Source of the DNA: Callorhinchus milii | Lineage: Eukaryota | Assembly (NCBI RefSeq): GCF_018977255.1 | Contig: NW_024704754.1 | Span: 18,600,001-18,664,000, forward strand | Direction: 5' to 3' | DNA length: 64,000 nt | Shown here: in pieces, positions 45,476 through 57,974 of the stretch | How the letters are laid out: the number at the start of each line of letters is the position of its first letter | Position numbering within the stretch: the stretch's first letter is position 1 | The notes under the pieces: generated by a model | Told to the model about the DNA's origin: nothing | Seen by the model: only the letters and a program-made list of their open reading frames with translations | Database searches by the model: none | Translations under genes and position numbers: made by a program

Positions 45476-47935
45476 TTATTGACCTTTCATCGCCGAATTG
45501 AATTGCTGGTCAAATTCCTTCACCACGTTGGTGTCAGTGATCTTGAGGGTGCTCTGGGGTAAGGTGGAATTGTAGCTTTTGAGAAAAAGAAAATCGCTTT
45601 TAGCTGATTCCGGGGAGAGACAAAATCTGTAATTGTACGCGTCAGGAATGGCGCCACTTTCTCTCATTCCAGGGTAATGCATGGATTCTCTTGCAGTTGA
45701 CCTCCGAGCAAACCCTTCCCTTGACTCCTTCCTGCTATAACAGCAAATTCCTGAATCATACCCACGACCAATGCTTCTATCTTGATGGCATTTTAGGGCA
45801 ACAAGCATCATGATAATCAGCAGAAACAGAAACGAAGTGGTGCCAAAAATAATGATCAAATACAGATTCAGGTCAGAGAAACGTTCAGAGTTTTTTAGGA
45901 AGTTGCTGTGTTTAAAATCGTTTCCGGTCACATTAGCCACGATTGAGAAACCGATAGTCACTGTAGCAGAGAATCGAGGCTGTCCATTGTCTTTAATCAG
46001 GATTACTAAACTTTCCTTGGGGGCGTCAGTGTCAAGTATATTTCGGACAACCGAATTTCTCCGGACTGCAGTCCCACAGTGAACAAACTGGGATCAGTGG
46101 CTTTACGCAGCTGATATGAAAGCCGTGCGTTCTGACCAGAATCAGCATCAGTCGCCATTACTTTGGTCACCAAGTATCCCGCTGGTGCTGACTGGGGCAC
46201 TGGACCCACGGTTGCTGATCCGTTCCGTGTTACAGGGGAAACCACCGCGGGAGCGTTGTCATTTTGATCCAAGATAATCACATTGACTGCGGCGCTGCTG
46301 CTCAGTGACGGGGATCCGGAATCCCGCGCCTGAACTTGGATCTGAAAGTGTTTTAGCCGCTCGTAGTCAAAAGAGCGCAGCGCGTAAATGTTCCCACTTT
46401 TCGAGTCGACGCTGACGTAAGGAAAAGACGTCATATCCTGTATGGGATTCTCCAGGATGGAATAGGACACGTGGGAATTCTGGTCTAAATCAGGATCCAA
46501 AGCTGTCACTGATAGAATGGAGTCACCGGGAGCGTTGTTCTCCATCACATATGCAGTGTATGAGGACTGGTCAAACCGGGGCGCGTTGTCATTGATATCC
46601 GACACTGACACTTCGATTGTTTTATTGGTAGAAAGAGGGGGAGACCCGGAGTCCCAGGCTAGTATGTTCACGTTGTATCTGTCAACTTTCTCACGATCCA
46701 GTCTATCGCTTGTGACTAACTTGTAGTTGTTCTCTGGGGATTTTTGGAGCTGGAAAGGAACATTTCTGGGAATCTGACAATGAACCTCCCCGTTTTTGCC
46801 AGAATCGAGATCCGTCACACTGATCACAGCGATCACAGTCCCCGGGGCTGCCTCCTCACCCACCGTGCTGGAGACTGACGTTAGTTGTATGTCGGGGCTG
46901 TTATCATTCACATCAGTGAGTCTGACGAGAACACTGGAATGTCCCGCCATCGTGGGTGCGCCGTGATCCACCGCTTGTACATCAAGTTCGTAAATGTTTG
47001 ACTTTTCAAAATCCAGCGGTCCTTGGACTCTTATCTCCCCGGTCTCTGGGTCCAAACTGAACAACTCTCGCACTTGTCGTGAGGCGTGTTTACTGAAAGA
47101 ATATGTCAGGTCGGCATTTGTGCCTTGGTCTGAATCATCCGCATTGACTTTGATCACCAAGGTACCCTTGGGTGCGTTTTCCGATAAATCGGTTCTGTAC
47201 ACCTCACGGTCAAACACAGGCGCATTATCATTTGGTCCCCTACACTGATGATGATCTCAACTGTGCCCGATCTCTTTGGGCTTCCGCCATCAAAGGCAGT
47301 TAACATAAGATGAAAGGTTGACTGCTGTTCCCGGTCCAATGGCTTCTCTAAGAGCAACTCGACAATTTTATTGCCACTGCTTCTAGTCTGTACTTTCAGC
47401 GAGAAGTGTTCATTTGAACTGAGCTGATAATTATTGACCGTATTCATACCCACGTCCGGATCGTGCGCGCTCTCGAGAGGGAAGCGCGTTCCAGGTGCCG
47501 TTACTCGGCGATTTCCAAGGCTAACTCGCTCTTTGGGAAACCGGGTGGATTATCATTGATGTCTGAAATCTCTATTTCAACACGATGCGTCTCCGAAGGA
47601 TTTTCGATTCTTACCTCAAAAGAAAGGGAACAAGTGGAGCTCTCGCCACATAGCTGTTCTCTGTCGACTCTTTCATTCACAAATAAAATCCCATTCTCCA
47701 TGTTTATCCCGAAGTATTGCTTCCCGTCTTGAGAGACGAGACGACATTTCCGAGCAGACAATTTCGGGCTGTTCAATCCCAAATCCTCGGCGATATTCCC
47801 AACAAAGGCGCCGCGCTCCTGTTCCTCGGGAATGGAGTAGCGAATCTGTGCAGAAGTCAGGTCCGAGACACAAAGCAGGACAATAAAACGCACGACCTTG
47901 CATGTTGATGTCCGGCCGCTCCGTGAATTCGCCAT
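45476..47935 (-). CDS. Clustered protocadherin V14; three 1-bp frameshifts (~47501, ~47232, ~46050); true pseudogene or sequencing errors
   Basis: Four consecutive ORF pieces (47501..47935, 47154..47453, 46006..47217, 45476..45961) rebuild a full 6-EC/TM/tail protein when one base is added at each break; I saw no in-frame nonsense codons. Confidence 0.75.
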
Positions 47936-48193
47936 CGTTGATTGTTTTATTTAACACCGTACACAGAATGTGTTATCCCAGTGATTGTCCCGGGAGCAAA
48001 TTGCCTTTAGAAATGCGCCTTATCTCGATTTTAAACCGAATAATTCAAATATACGCCCTCAGAGCTGTTTCCTGATCAGGGCCCCACACTCACTGCTAAC
48101 GGAGGCACTGCGCAGCTTTCTTCTTCGATTCTGTTCTGCGTCTGGTGAAGTGGGAGGCGTGGATAGATCTCTCTCAGAACATTTCTACCCCTT

Positions 48194-48235
48194 ATTGGTG
48201 GACAGCGACACAACGAGTCCCGGCCAATAACTGCA
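48194..48235 (-). promoter_or_regulatory. V14 promoter CSE / double CCAAT
   Basis: ATTGG 48194, CCAAT 48224; intact despite the frameshifted CDS. Confidence 0.85.
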
Positions 48236-48457
48236 CTGTGCTTTTCTTAAAGCGAGGCTGCTTCCAAAGTGATGGACCACAACAACCACAACAACCACTG
48301 TTGTGAAACCCTAACGCCCTTGGATAGAAATAATGGTTCAGTTCACCTTTATTGGATCTTTATTTTGTCTTAATTGTTTACAAATATTTACGGTTGTTAG
48401 TCGATTGGCGAATCGCTTTCCAGGGGTAATAATCCATAAAATAATTAGTTACTCTAT

Positions 48458-48624
48458 CCACGACTGTTTTGGGGGAATACTGCTGTGCGCAATTGGCTGC
48501 CACGTTTGCCCACTAAATAAACAGTCAATCCACTTTACAATATACTAAGTGAAGCACTATGAGACGTCTTAACTTGCAAAAAGGAAGACGCTATGTCAAC
48601 TGTAAGGATTATTATTATATTATT
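48458..48624 (+). mobile_element. SINE 3' fragment (Deu core and tail)
   Basis: ccacgactgttt...tgctgtgcgcaattggctgccacgtttgccca...aaggattattatt. Confidence 0.8.
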
Positions 48625-48639
48625 ACAGATTTTTACAAT

Positions 48640-48930
48640 TTGTTGCAACCGGTGGAATGGCTTTCCGGATTGATCAATTTGCTCAAAGGTATTTTCAGTA
48701 GCAGGAAATAAAGTATTATGGCAGTGGTGGAGAGGATGGGTTTTTGAATGTCCTTCACCAAGATGACCAGGCCTTGTGTCTTGGCATCTTTGTTCCACAA
48801 AACTTCCCACTGTTCTGATTTCTCCAGTGACACCCTCACCGAAAGGGGTTGGGGTGAGGGGGGAGCTAGTATATGGTATCCATCAGCTTCTAGGAACGAC
48901 GTGCGTTCTGGCCAGAATCTGCATCAGGAG
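48640..48930 (-). pseudogene. Relic B: isolated decayed EC6 fragment
   Basis: Minus strand reads DADSGQNARRS*KLMD ... GEIRTV / ...DAKTQGLVILVKDIQKPILSTTAIILY, with a stop, a frameshift and a G-rich insert; no promoter seen. Confidence 0.8.
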
Positions 48931-49909
48931 CGATTATTTTGGTGTCCGCACAGCCTGGAATATGTTGTACTTCCCCCCGATAAACCTACGCAGATCTACA
49001 AGAGTTCTTGTCGTCCCTTCTACTTTTTATTCATACTTTACAGGCATATAAATCAGCAGCAAAAGTATAACTACAGCTAATTGCTACGAAACTTCACTTT
49101 TAAAAAAAACATGCAATGCCAAACTGTCTCTTTAGATGAGATTTGCATTTTGTATTTATTGACGTTAAATCATTCATGCGATTTAACAATCAAAATTTTT
49201 GCCCCTCACTTCTCATCATGGTTTACTATCAAACCCATCAGACCAAAATAGTGACTTGTTCTTGCCACATGGCTGTAGTCCAATTCTATGTGTGCAGGCA
49301 GGTGTGTCTTGTGTTGGAAAGTCGAGTACCTCGTTGTCCTTTGAACAAGAATAAAGATATAAGTTGCAATACACAAAAACAAAACAAATGGAGCGTTAAT
49401 ACCAATGCTACTGATATGGAATTCATGCTGATTCCATTCATTTATATTGCTGAACTAAGCACACCAAACTCTCGGTGACGCAGTGGGTTAGTGGAGTTTC
49501 CTTTCATTCAGACGTTTTAGTTCTGATCCAAGGAAATATCTCAATCAGGCACCACAATAGAATGCAGATATCTCGCAAATATGACCTTGCTAAGAGTGCT
49601 AGGATAGTCAACGAACGTGTTGAGGTGCAGCCACAGCTATAATTCTCACATATGTCTGATGTAAGAAGCCTGACAAACGGAGAAACCTATTAAAATCTAA
49701 AAATGTTTCGGAATGGATCGAGGACACCAAACACTGATGCTATCCATTTATTTATTTGTAAGAAATTAGAACAGACCAGCATTTAAGACACAACGTAATA
49801 ATAAGAGACACGATGAGAGGAAGATATTATGATAATGATTAAGTCATATGTTAGAGAGAAAGATATGTACTAACTCACGTTATGAATGAAATTCATTGCC
49901 TATACCAGG

Positions 49910-52343
49910 TTACTGTGAATTCCTGGCCACATTCTTTGCCCCGTGGGTGTCAGTCATTCTGAGTGTACTCGGTTGTAAAGTCGAATTGTAGGTTTTCAAG
50001 AACAGGAAGTCGCTTTTAGATGCCTCCGGAGAAAGGCAAAATCTGTAATTGTAGCTTCCGGGAATGGGGGCACCTTCCATAACTCCATCGTAATTCAGGG
50101 ATTCTCTTGGTGCGGATCTCCGAGTGAAAGATTCCCTTGAATTTCTCCATCTGCAACAGCAGAATTCGGACTTGTATCCATCAGTAAAGTTGTGATCTTG
50201 GCGGCATTTGATAGCAATTAGGACTATAATGGTCAAAAGAAATACGAATGAAGTCGTGGCAAAAGTGATGATTAAATACAGATTGAGATGAGAGAAACCC
50301 TCAGAGGTTTGGAGAAGGTTGCTATGTTCAAACTCGGGTCCGGTGAGGTTGGCCATGATGGGAACAATGACAGTCACTGTGGCGGAAAGGCTGGGCTGTC
50401 CGTTGTCCCTTATCAAGACGAGCAGACTTTGTTTGGTGCCATCTTTGTCCAATAAAGTTCTGCTTACTCTGATTTCTCCAGAATTGCGTCCCAGGCTGAA
50501 CAAATTGGGGTCAGTAGCTTTAAGCAGCTGATATGAAAGCCGTGCGTTCTGACCAGAATCAGCATCAGTCGCCATTACTTTGGTCACCAAGTATCCCGCT
50601 GGTGCTGACTGGGGCACTGGACCCACGGTTGCTGATCCGTTCCGTGTTACAGGGGAAACCACCGCGGGAGCGTTGTCATTTTGATCCAAGATAATCACAT
50701 TGACTGCGGCGCTGCTGCTCAGTGACGGGGATCCGGAATCCCGCGCCTGAACTTGGATCTGAAAGTGTTTTAGCCGCTCGTAGTCAAAAGAGCGCAGCGC
50801 GTAAATGTTCCCACTTTTCGAGTCAATACTGACGTAAGGAAATGACGACATATAATTCTCCAGGATGGAATAGACACGTAGGAATTCTGGTCTAAATCAG
50901 GATCCAAAGCTGTAATTGATAGAATGGAATCACCGGGAGCGTTGTTTTCCATCACATATGCATTGTATGAGGACTGGTCAAACCGGGGCGCGTTGTCATT
51001 GATATCAGAAACTGACACCAGAATTGTTTTATTAGTTGAAAGAGGTGGGGAGCCTGAATCCCAGGCCGATATACAAATATCGTAGACAGGAACCTTCTCA
51101 CGATCTAGTACACCACTCGTAACTAATTTGTATTGGTTTTCGGAAGATTTTTGGAGTTTAAATGGTATATTCTTGGGAATCTGACAATTAACCTGTCCGT
51201 TTTTTGCAGAATCTTCGTCGTTACACTGATCACAGCTATCACAGTCCCGGGTACAATGTCTTCACGGACGGTGCTGGACACAGAGGTCAGTTGTATCTTG
51301 GGCACATTATCGTTTACATCAGTTAGGGCTACCAGAACACTTGAATGTCCTGCCATTGCAGGTGCGCCATTGTCCATAGCTTGTATATCAAGTTCATAAA
51401 GGTTTGTTTCTTCAAAATCCAGATCTCCTTGAACTCGAATCTCTCCAGTGTTCACATCCAAACTGAACAATTCTCGCACATGTTGCGAGGCCCGTTTGCT
51501 GAAAGAATATTTCACTTCACCATTTGCACCTTCGTCCAAATCAGCGGCGTTTACCTTTATTACCAATGTTCCAACGGGCGAGTTTTCTAATAAATTGGCT
51601 CTGTACGATTCGCGATCAAAGACAGGCGCGTTGTCATTATTGTCCAATACAGAGATAGTGATTTCAGCGTTGCCCGATCTTTGTGGATTGCCGCCGTCAA
51701 AGGCTGTCAGCACCAACTCAAAGACTGACTGCTGTTCGCGGTCCAATTGTTTATCCAACACTAACACGGGAACTTTAGTACCTCCGCTCCTTGTCTGCAC
51801 TTTCAGACTGAAATGGTTGTTTGCACTGATCTGGTAAGTGCTGACTGCGTTTGTGCCCGTGTCCGGGTCTTGCGCGCTCTCAAGAGGGAAGCGAGCTCCC
51901 GGCGCCATTGACTCCGCTATTTGCAAGGGAAAAACGCTACTGGGGAAGCTGGGGGAATTATCATTTATATCTAGTATCTCCACGTCAACACGAAACATTT
52001 CCAAAGGGTTTTCAACAATTACCTCAAAGGAGAGAGAACAGGCAGAGCCCTGCCCACAGAGCTGCTCTCTGTCGATCCTTTCATTCACAAACAAAATCCC
52101 ATTCTCCATCTTCACCTCCAAATACTGCTTTCTTTTGTCAGAGACCAGACGGCATTTCCGCCGAGACAGCTCCTGAATCTTCAACCCCAAATCTTCAGCC
52201 ACATTCCCAACAAAAGCGCCCAGTTCCAATTCTTCAGGAATAGAGTAGCGAATCTGCCCAGATGTTAGGTCGGTCACACAAAGCAACATAACGAAACGCG
52301 CGACCTTCCACGTTAACAACCCGCCGCTCCGTGGATTCGCCAT
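49910..52343 (-). CDS. Clustered protocadherin V15; 1-bp frameshifts near 51218 and 50872
   Basis: ORFs 51123..52355, 50770..51018 and 49910..50851 rebuild a full protein (TDEDSAKNGQ; SYVSYSILEN). Likely start MANPRSGG at 52343; also a 9-nt in-frame deletion in EC5. Confidence 0.8.
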
Positions 52344-52578
52344 TACTGATTCCACTCACAGAAAACGCCACCACTTCTTCAGTTAATTGGTTTGATCAAC
52401 AAGAAATTGTGGCTGTAAACGCAAGATTTTTACCTAAAAATGTAAATATGCCACCCGGATCTTTGTGAACATGGCCCCGTCCAGCACACACAGGCACTGC
52501 GCAGCTTTCTCTTTTATTCTGCGCTTTGCCTGGTAAAGAGGGAGGAGTGAGAGATCGCTTGCAGTGTTTTCGCTCCTT

Positions 52579-52620
52579 ATTGGTAGACAGCGACACAACG
52601 AGTCTCGTCCAATAACTGCA
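52579..52620 (-). promoter_or_regulatory. V15 promoter CSE / double CCAAT
   Basis: ATTGG 52579, CCAAT 52609. Confidence 0.85.
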
Positions 52621-52956
52621 CTGAGCTTTACTTAAAGCGAAGCCGCTTCAAATGTGTTGATCTCCGACAGGAGCTATGCTATTTATTGCTGTGCAACCAA
52701 AATATCCCAAGGCACTAACAAAATCTGGTTGACTGTATCATGTTTGTTTCATTATTGCAAGCGCGTAAATATATAATACAAATGACAAATATAGTATCGG
52801 TCCTCCTACCGAATTAGTTTCAGAACTCCCTGCTTCAGTGCCATTATGCTCAGTTTACAGTTCTTATCTGTTTTGGGGTATTGTTCCTTGACCTTCTCGA
52901 TATGTAAAGCTGTACGATTTTTTTCGTTACTGCCAACAAAAAAACTACATAGTTAT

Positions 52957-53044
52957 TTCCACTTTATAGTACGTCATATGAAGCGTTTTGGGTTGTCCTC
53001 CTGACGTAGAAGGAGCTGTACCAAATGTAAGGATTATTATTATT
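52957..53044 (+). mobile_element. SINE/LINE2 3' tail fragment
   Basis: tgaagcgttttgggttgtcctcctgacgtagaaggagctgtaccaaatgtaaggattattattatt matches 27664-27735. Confidence 0.75.
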
Positions 53045-53269
53045 ACTTTAACTTGCAGGAAAATGAATGGATTCAATGTTGTATTATATTACTAACAGTG
53101 CTCTCATTCCATTATATTGAAGCAAAAAGCAACAGCTTTGTTTAACTTATAATCACCTGCTTTCAAACGCATCTGTATAATTCTCCAAATTTGGAAACTA
53201 AGCGGTTGATTCCCGTGCGTAATTCTGTTTCTAGCATTGCTTATGGCATGTTTTGCAACTAAATACTAT

Positions 53270-53430
53270 CGAATTTGATAACACAAAGGGGAGCCATTTC
53301 ACCCATCGTGTCGGTACAGGTTCTTGAATAAAGATAAGAAATACGTGTAGGGGCGCTCTCCTGCTCAGTCCCTATACACTTACATATCTTTCTTTTTCAA
53401 CAATTTATCGAATTATCTTGAAAAACTGTT
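53270..53430 (-). mobile_element. Decayed CR1-like 3'-end fragment
   Basis: acacaaaggggagccatttcacccatcgtgtcggtacaggttctt resembles the uninterrupted form of the 27367-27812 element. Confidence 0.5.
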
Positions 53431-54337
53431 ATAGTCATCAGAGTTCTGCCACCCACCCCACTAAATTTGTCATTGCGAATGTTTTTAATATTCGACCACT
53501 ATAATTGAGGTGGAACAAGACGTAAAGTTTACGCAAAATCAGACATTCATTTTGTTACATTCCAATTTATTCAAAAAGCTAAGAAATTTACATGCAAAAT
53601 TACGGTTACAAGACATATGAAATCATTTGACACTAAGGTAATAAACCGGAAAAAAAATCCGAATATGTTCAATAATTAGCTAGGACTGAAAAGCATATTT
53701 TGGCGTTAATTTGGGGAATATTTTGTGTAAAACACTGAAAACCAAAAGGGCATTTTGGTGCAACGTACCTACTCCCACAAACAATTATAAAAGCAACCAC
53801 CTACATTTTTTATTTGTCAGATAATTTATCTCAAAGAAGTCAGACTGAACAATGCCATGCAGGTCATGACCTCAAATGAACCGTGGACGGATGGCTCACA
53901 CCAAAATACATGCCGAGTGAATAAGCACAACGGGATTCAGGCCTGGACTCTGACGTTAGTCTAAGAATATGGTGGGAAGATGAAAATATTAAACGTGTGA
54001 AATGTTGAAGTGCTGATACAAACTTCAGGTCCAATTTTTGAAGTGGAATCCAATAAAATGAGGTGCGTGACGGATGTGCTTTTCTTAGCCTTGATGTTGA
54101 CATTCAATGCCCAAACTGGACACGTATCAACTTCTCCGCATTAGCAATGCCAACCTCATGAGCACTGAATTCGCCACAAAATAATCTTGTCTTAATTTTA
54201 ACCTCAGGGAGTGAGATTCCACCCTTACTGAATATGCCTGTGCACCTGACTATGATTTTTTTTCATTTAAGTGAAACGTCTCACCTTCTGTGAGTGAAAT
54301 ATCGCCCGCTATTCACTGCATTGACTGCATGAACATT

Positions 54338-56759
54338 TTATTTATTCGTTTTATGGTCAGTTATCCTGAGAGTACTCTGGGGCAAAGATGAATTGTAGGC
54401 TTTTAGAAACAGGAAGTCGCTTTTGGCTGATTCGGGCGATAAACAATATCTGTAACTGTAACTTCCTGGGATCGGGGCACCGTCCATAACTCCATCGTAA
54501 TTCAGGGATTCTCTTGGTGCGGATCTCCGAGTGAAAGATTCCCTTGAATTTCTCCATCTGCAACAGCAGAATTCGGACTTGTATCCATCAGTAAAGTTGT
54601 GATCTTGGCGGCATTTGATAGCAATTAGGACTATAATGGTCAAAAGAAATACGAATGAAGTCGTGGCAAAAGTGATGATTAAATACAGATTTAGATGAGA
54701 GAAACCCTCAGAGGTTTGGAGAAGGTTGCTATGTTCAAACTCGGGTCCGGTGAGGTTGGCCATGATGGGAACAATGACAGTCACTGTGGCGGAAAGGCTG
54801 GGCTGTCCGTTGTCCCTTATCAAGACGAGCAGACTTTGTTTGGTGCCATCTTTGTCCAATAAACTTCTACTTACTCTGATCTCTCCAGAATTGCGTCCCA
54901 GGCTGAACAAACTGGGGTCAGTAGCTTTAAGCATCTGGTAGGAAAGCCGTGCGTTCTGACCAGAATCAGCATCAGTCGCCATTACTTTGGTCACCAAGTA
55001 TCCCGCTGGTGCTGACTGGGGCACTGGACCCACGGTTGCTGATCCGTTCCGTGTTACAGGGGAAACCACCGCGGGAGCGTTGTCATTTTGATCCAAGATA
55101 ATCACATTGACTGCGGCGCTGCTGCTCAGTGACGGGGATCCGGAATCCCGCGCCTGAACTTGGATCTGAAAGTGTTTTAGCCGCTCGTAGTCAAAAGAGC
55201 GCAGCGCGTAAATGTTCCCACTTTTCGAGTCGACACTGATGTAAGGAAAGGACGTCATTCCTGTATGGGATTCTCCAGGATGGAATAGGACACGTGGGAA
55301 TTCTGGTCTAAATCAGGATCCAAAACTGTAACTGATAGAATGGAATCACCGGGAGCGTTGTTCTCCATCACATATGCAGTGTATGACGACTGGTCAAACC
55401 TGGGTGCGTTATCATTGATATCAGACACAGTCACTAGGAGGGTTTTATTGGACGAAAGAGGGGGGGATCCCGAATCCCAGGCTAATATGGGTATATTGTA
55501 TACATGAAACTTTTCACGATCCAGTCTGCCGGTTGTAACTAATTTAAACTGGTTCTCTGACATCTTTTGCAATTTAAACGGGATATTCGTGGGAACTTGA
55601 CAATTAACCTGTGCGTTTTTTCCAGAATCCGCGTCTGTTACACTGATTACAGCTATATCGTGCCTGGCGCAGCATCTTCCTGCACGCTGCTGGACACTGA
55701 GGTGAGCTGTATCTTCGGAGGGTTATCATTGACATCAATCAATCGGATGTGAATGCTGGAATGTCCTGCCATTGGCGGGGTGCCCTTATCCACAGCTTGT
55801 ACATCAAGTTCATACACGGGTGATCTTTCAAAATCCAACACGCCTTCAACTCTCATCTCTCCCGTTTTGGGATCCAAGCTGTACAATTCCCGGACGTGTT
55901 GTGAGGCACGGTTGCTGAAAGAATATGTTACCTCGGCGTTTGTTCCTTCGTCTGAATCTACAGCGTTGACTTTTATGACAAAGGTGCCAGCTGGCGCGTT
56001 TTCTGTCAAACTCACTTTGTAAACCTCGCGGTCAAAGATTGGCACATTGTCATTGATATCCAATACCGATATAGTGATCGTGGCTTTGCCAGTTCTTTGA
56101 GGGTTCCCATTGTCAACAGCCGTCAGCACCAGCTGAATTGTTGACTGCTCTTCCCGGTCTAAGGGCTTCTCCAGTAATAACTCAATAACCTTCATACCGC
56201 TGCTTCTCGTTTGCACTTTTAGGCCAAAGAAATCGTTCGCGCTTATCTGATAAGTGCTGACTGTGTTGGAGCCTACGTCTGGGTCGTGCGCGCTCTCGAG
56301 AGGGAAGCGCGCTCCCGGCGCAATGGACTCGGCGACGCGCAAGGCAAACCCACCTTCTGGAAAACTAGGAGAATTGTCATTGATGTCTAAGATCTCCACC
56401 TCAACGCGATACATTTCCAAAGGGTTTTCCATCATGACCTCAAAGGAGATGAAACAGGTCGAGCTCTCGCCACAAAGCCGATCCCTGTCCATTCTTTCAT
56501 TCACAAATAAAATTCCGTTCTCGAGATTCACCTCAAAGTACTGTTTTCCGTTATCGGAGACGAGGCGGCATTTCCGAGCAGACAGTTTCCCTATCTCAAA
56601 TCCCAAATCCTCAGCGATGTTTCCGACAAAGGCGCCGGTCTTCATTTCCTCTGGGATAGAGTAGCGGATTTGTCCAGAAACCAGGTGCGAGACACAGAGC
56701 AGAACAATAAAATGCTCGATCCTGTAGGGCAATGTCCTGCCTCTCCCTGGAGTCGCCAT
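54338..56759 (-). CDS. Clustered protocadherin V16; 1-bp frameshifts near 55655 and 55260
   Basis: ORFs 55653..56780, 55255..55572 and 54338..55258; V4 reads cattccctgt where V16 reads cattcctgt. Likely start MATPGRGR at 56759. Confidence 0.8.
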
Positions 56760-57024
56760 TAATACTGGATTCGACCTCAATGCAAATACACGGGCGTTTT
56801 TTTTCTCTGTCTCACGTCAGTGCTTTTGCCCAGCAACAAATTCTGTCTAAAATATATCAATTTCTGAATTTAAACTGAATATTGGAATTATACGACCGTG
56901 ATCCCCCCCCTGAACAGGACAACTAACTGCAAACGCAGTTACTGCTCAGCTTCTCCTTTGATTCTGTCCTGCGTCTGGTGAAGAGGGAGGGCTGATAGAT
57001 CTCCAGGGCGCGTTTCAGCTCTTT

Positions 57025-57066
57025 ATTGGTGGACAGCGACACAAGGAGTGTCCGCCAATAACTGCA
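57025..57066 (-). promoter_or_regulatory. V16 promoter CSE / double CCAAT
   Basis: ATTGG 57025, CCAAT 57055. Confidence 0.85.
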
Positions 57067-57974
57067 TTGAGTTTTCTTAAAGCGAGGCTGTTTACCAAAA
57101 GTCATGGTTTCCCATGTAACCCACGCCACGTATTGCTGTGCAACCCAAACTACCCTCATGCTTTAAAATATCGTTTCCTTTCATAATTATCCATTTGAAT
57201 TATAGGAAAACATCTTGACAAATAATCATTGTGCGTAAAATATCTTCAGGGATCATTTTCGTCTCGCTGCCATTATAATCGTGGATAAGGAATCATGGAA
57301 GGGTTTTAATGAAGGTCAATATATAAAAAATGGAATGGGCATGCCTATTACGCATGAATTTTGTTTCCCTAAGTTAGGATATCTGTTGTATAACACATCT
57401 TATTCACTGAAAGCTTATTACAACTAACAGTAAAATGATTTCCCTATTTCCGCGCTCGATCCAGCAGACAATTACATGCCAGTTTTACGTTTGCTCGTGC
57501 ATTTAAGGTCCAGAGCAAAGGTATAACATTTAAATGGGATTCAAAATGTTTTGCACATGCACAGTTTTCTTCAACAATTATATTGCAAATAATTGCAATG
57601 TGACAAATCCACGTGGAACACATTGTCAGAGAAAATTAATGAAAAAAGCAAGATTCTCCACCACCAAATGAGGAACTAAATGCAGAGTTTCTTCTTCCAA
57701 GGACTTCTTGCTTCGAATTTTGCAGGCGAACTTAAAATCATTGGTAAAAGCATCCGTTTTGGACAAGCGTGGAATACAGTGAAATATCTAGTAAATATAC
57801 TGAAAACATTGATGCTGATGTTAATGGATTTTTTGCACCAAAATATGCCATTTAAAGATGCGGTATTCAACTTTTCGAAATGCCTTAAATATTTAGAAAT
57901 TTCCACATGAATTGTTCACTTCACATGGCCTCCACATTAGAAATAGGGTTCAGGTAACTCCACACGTAGATTAA

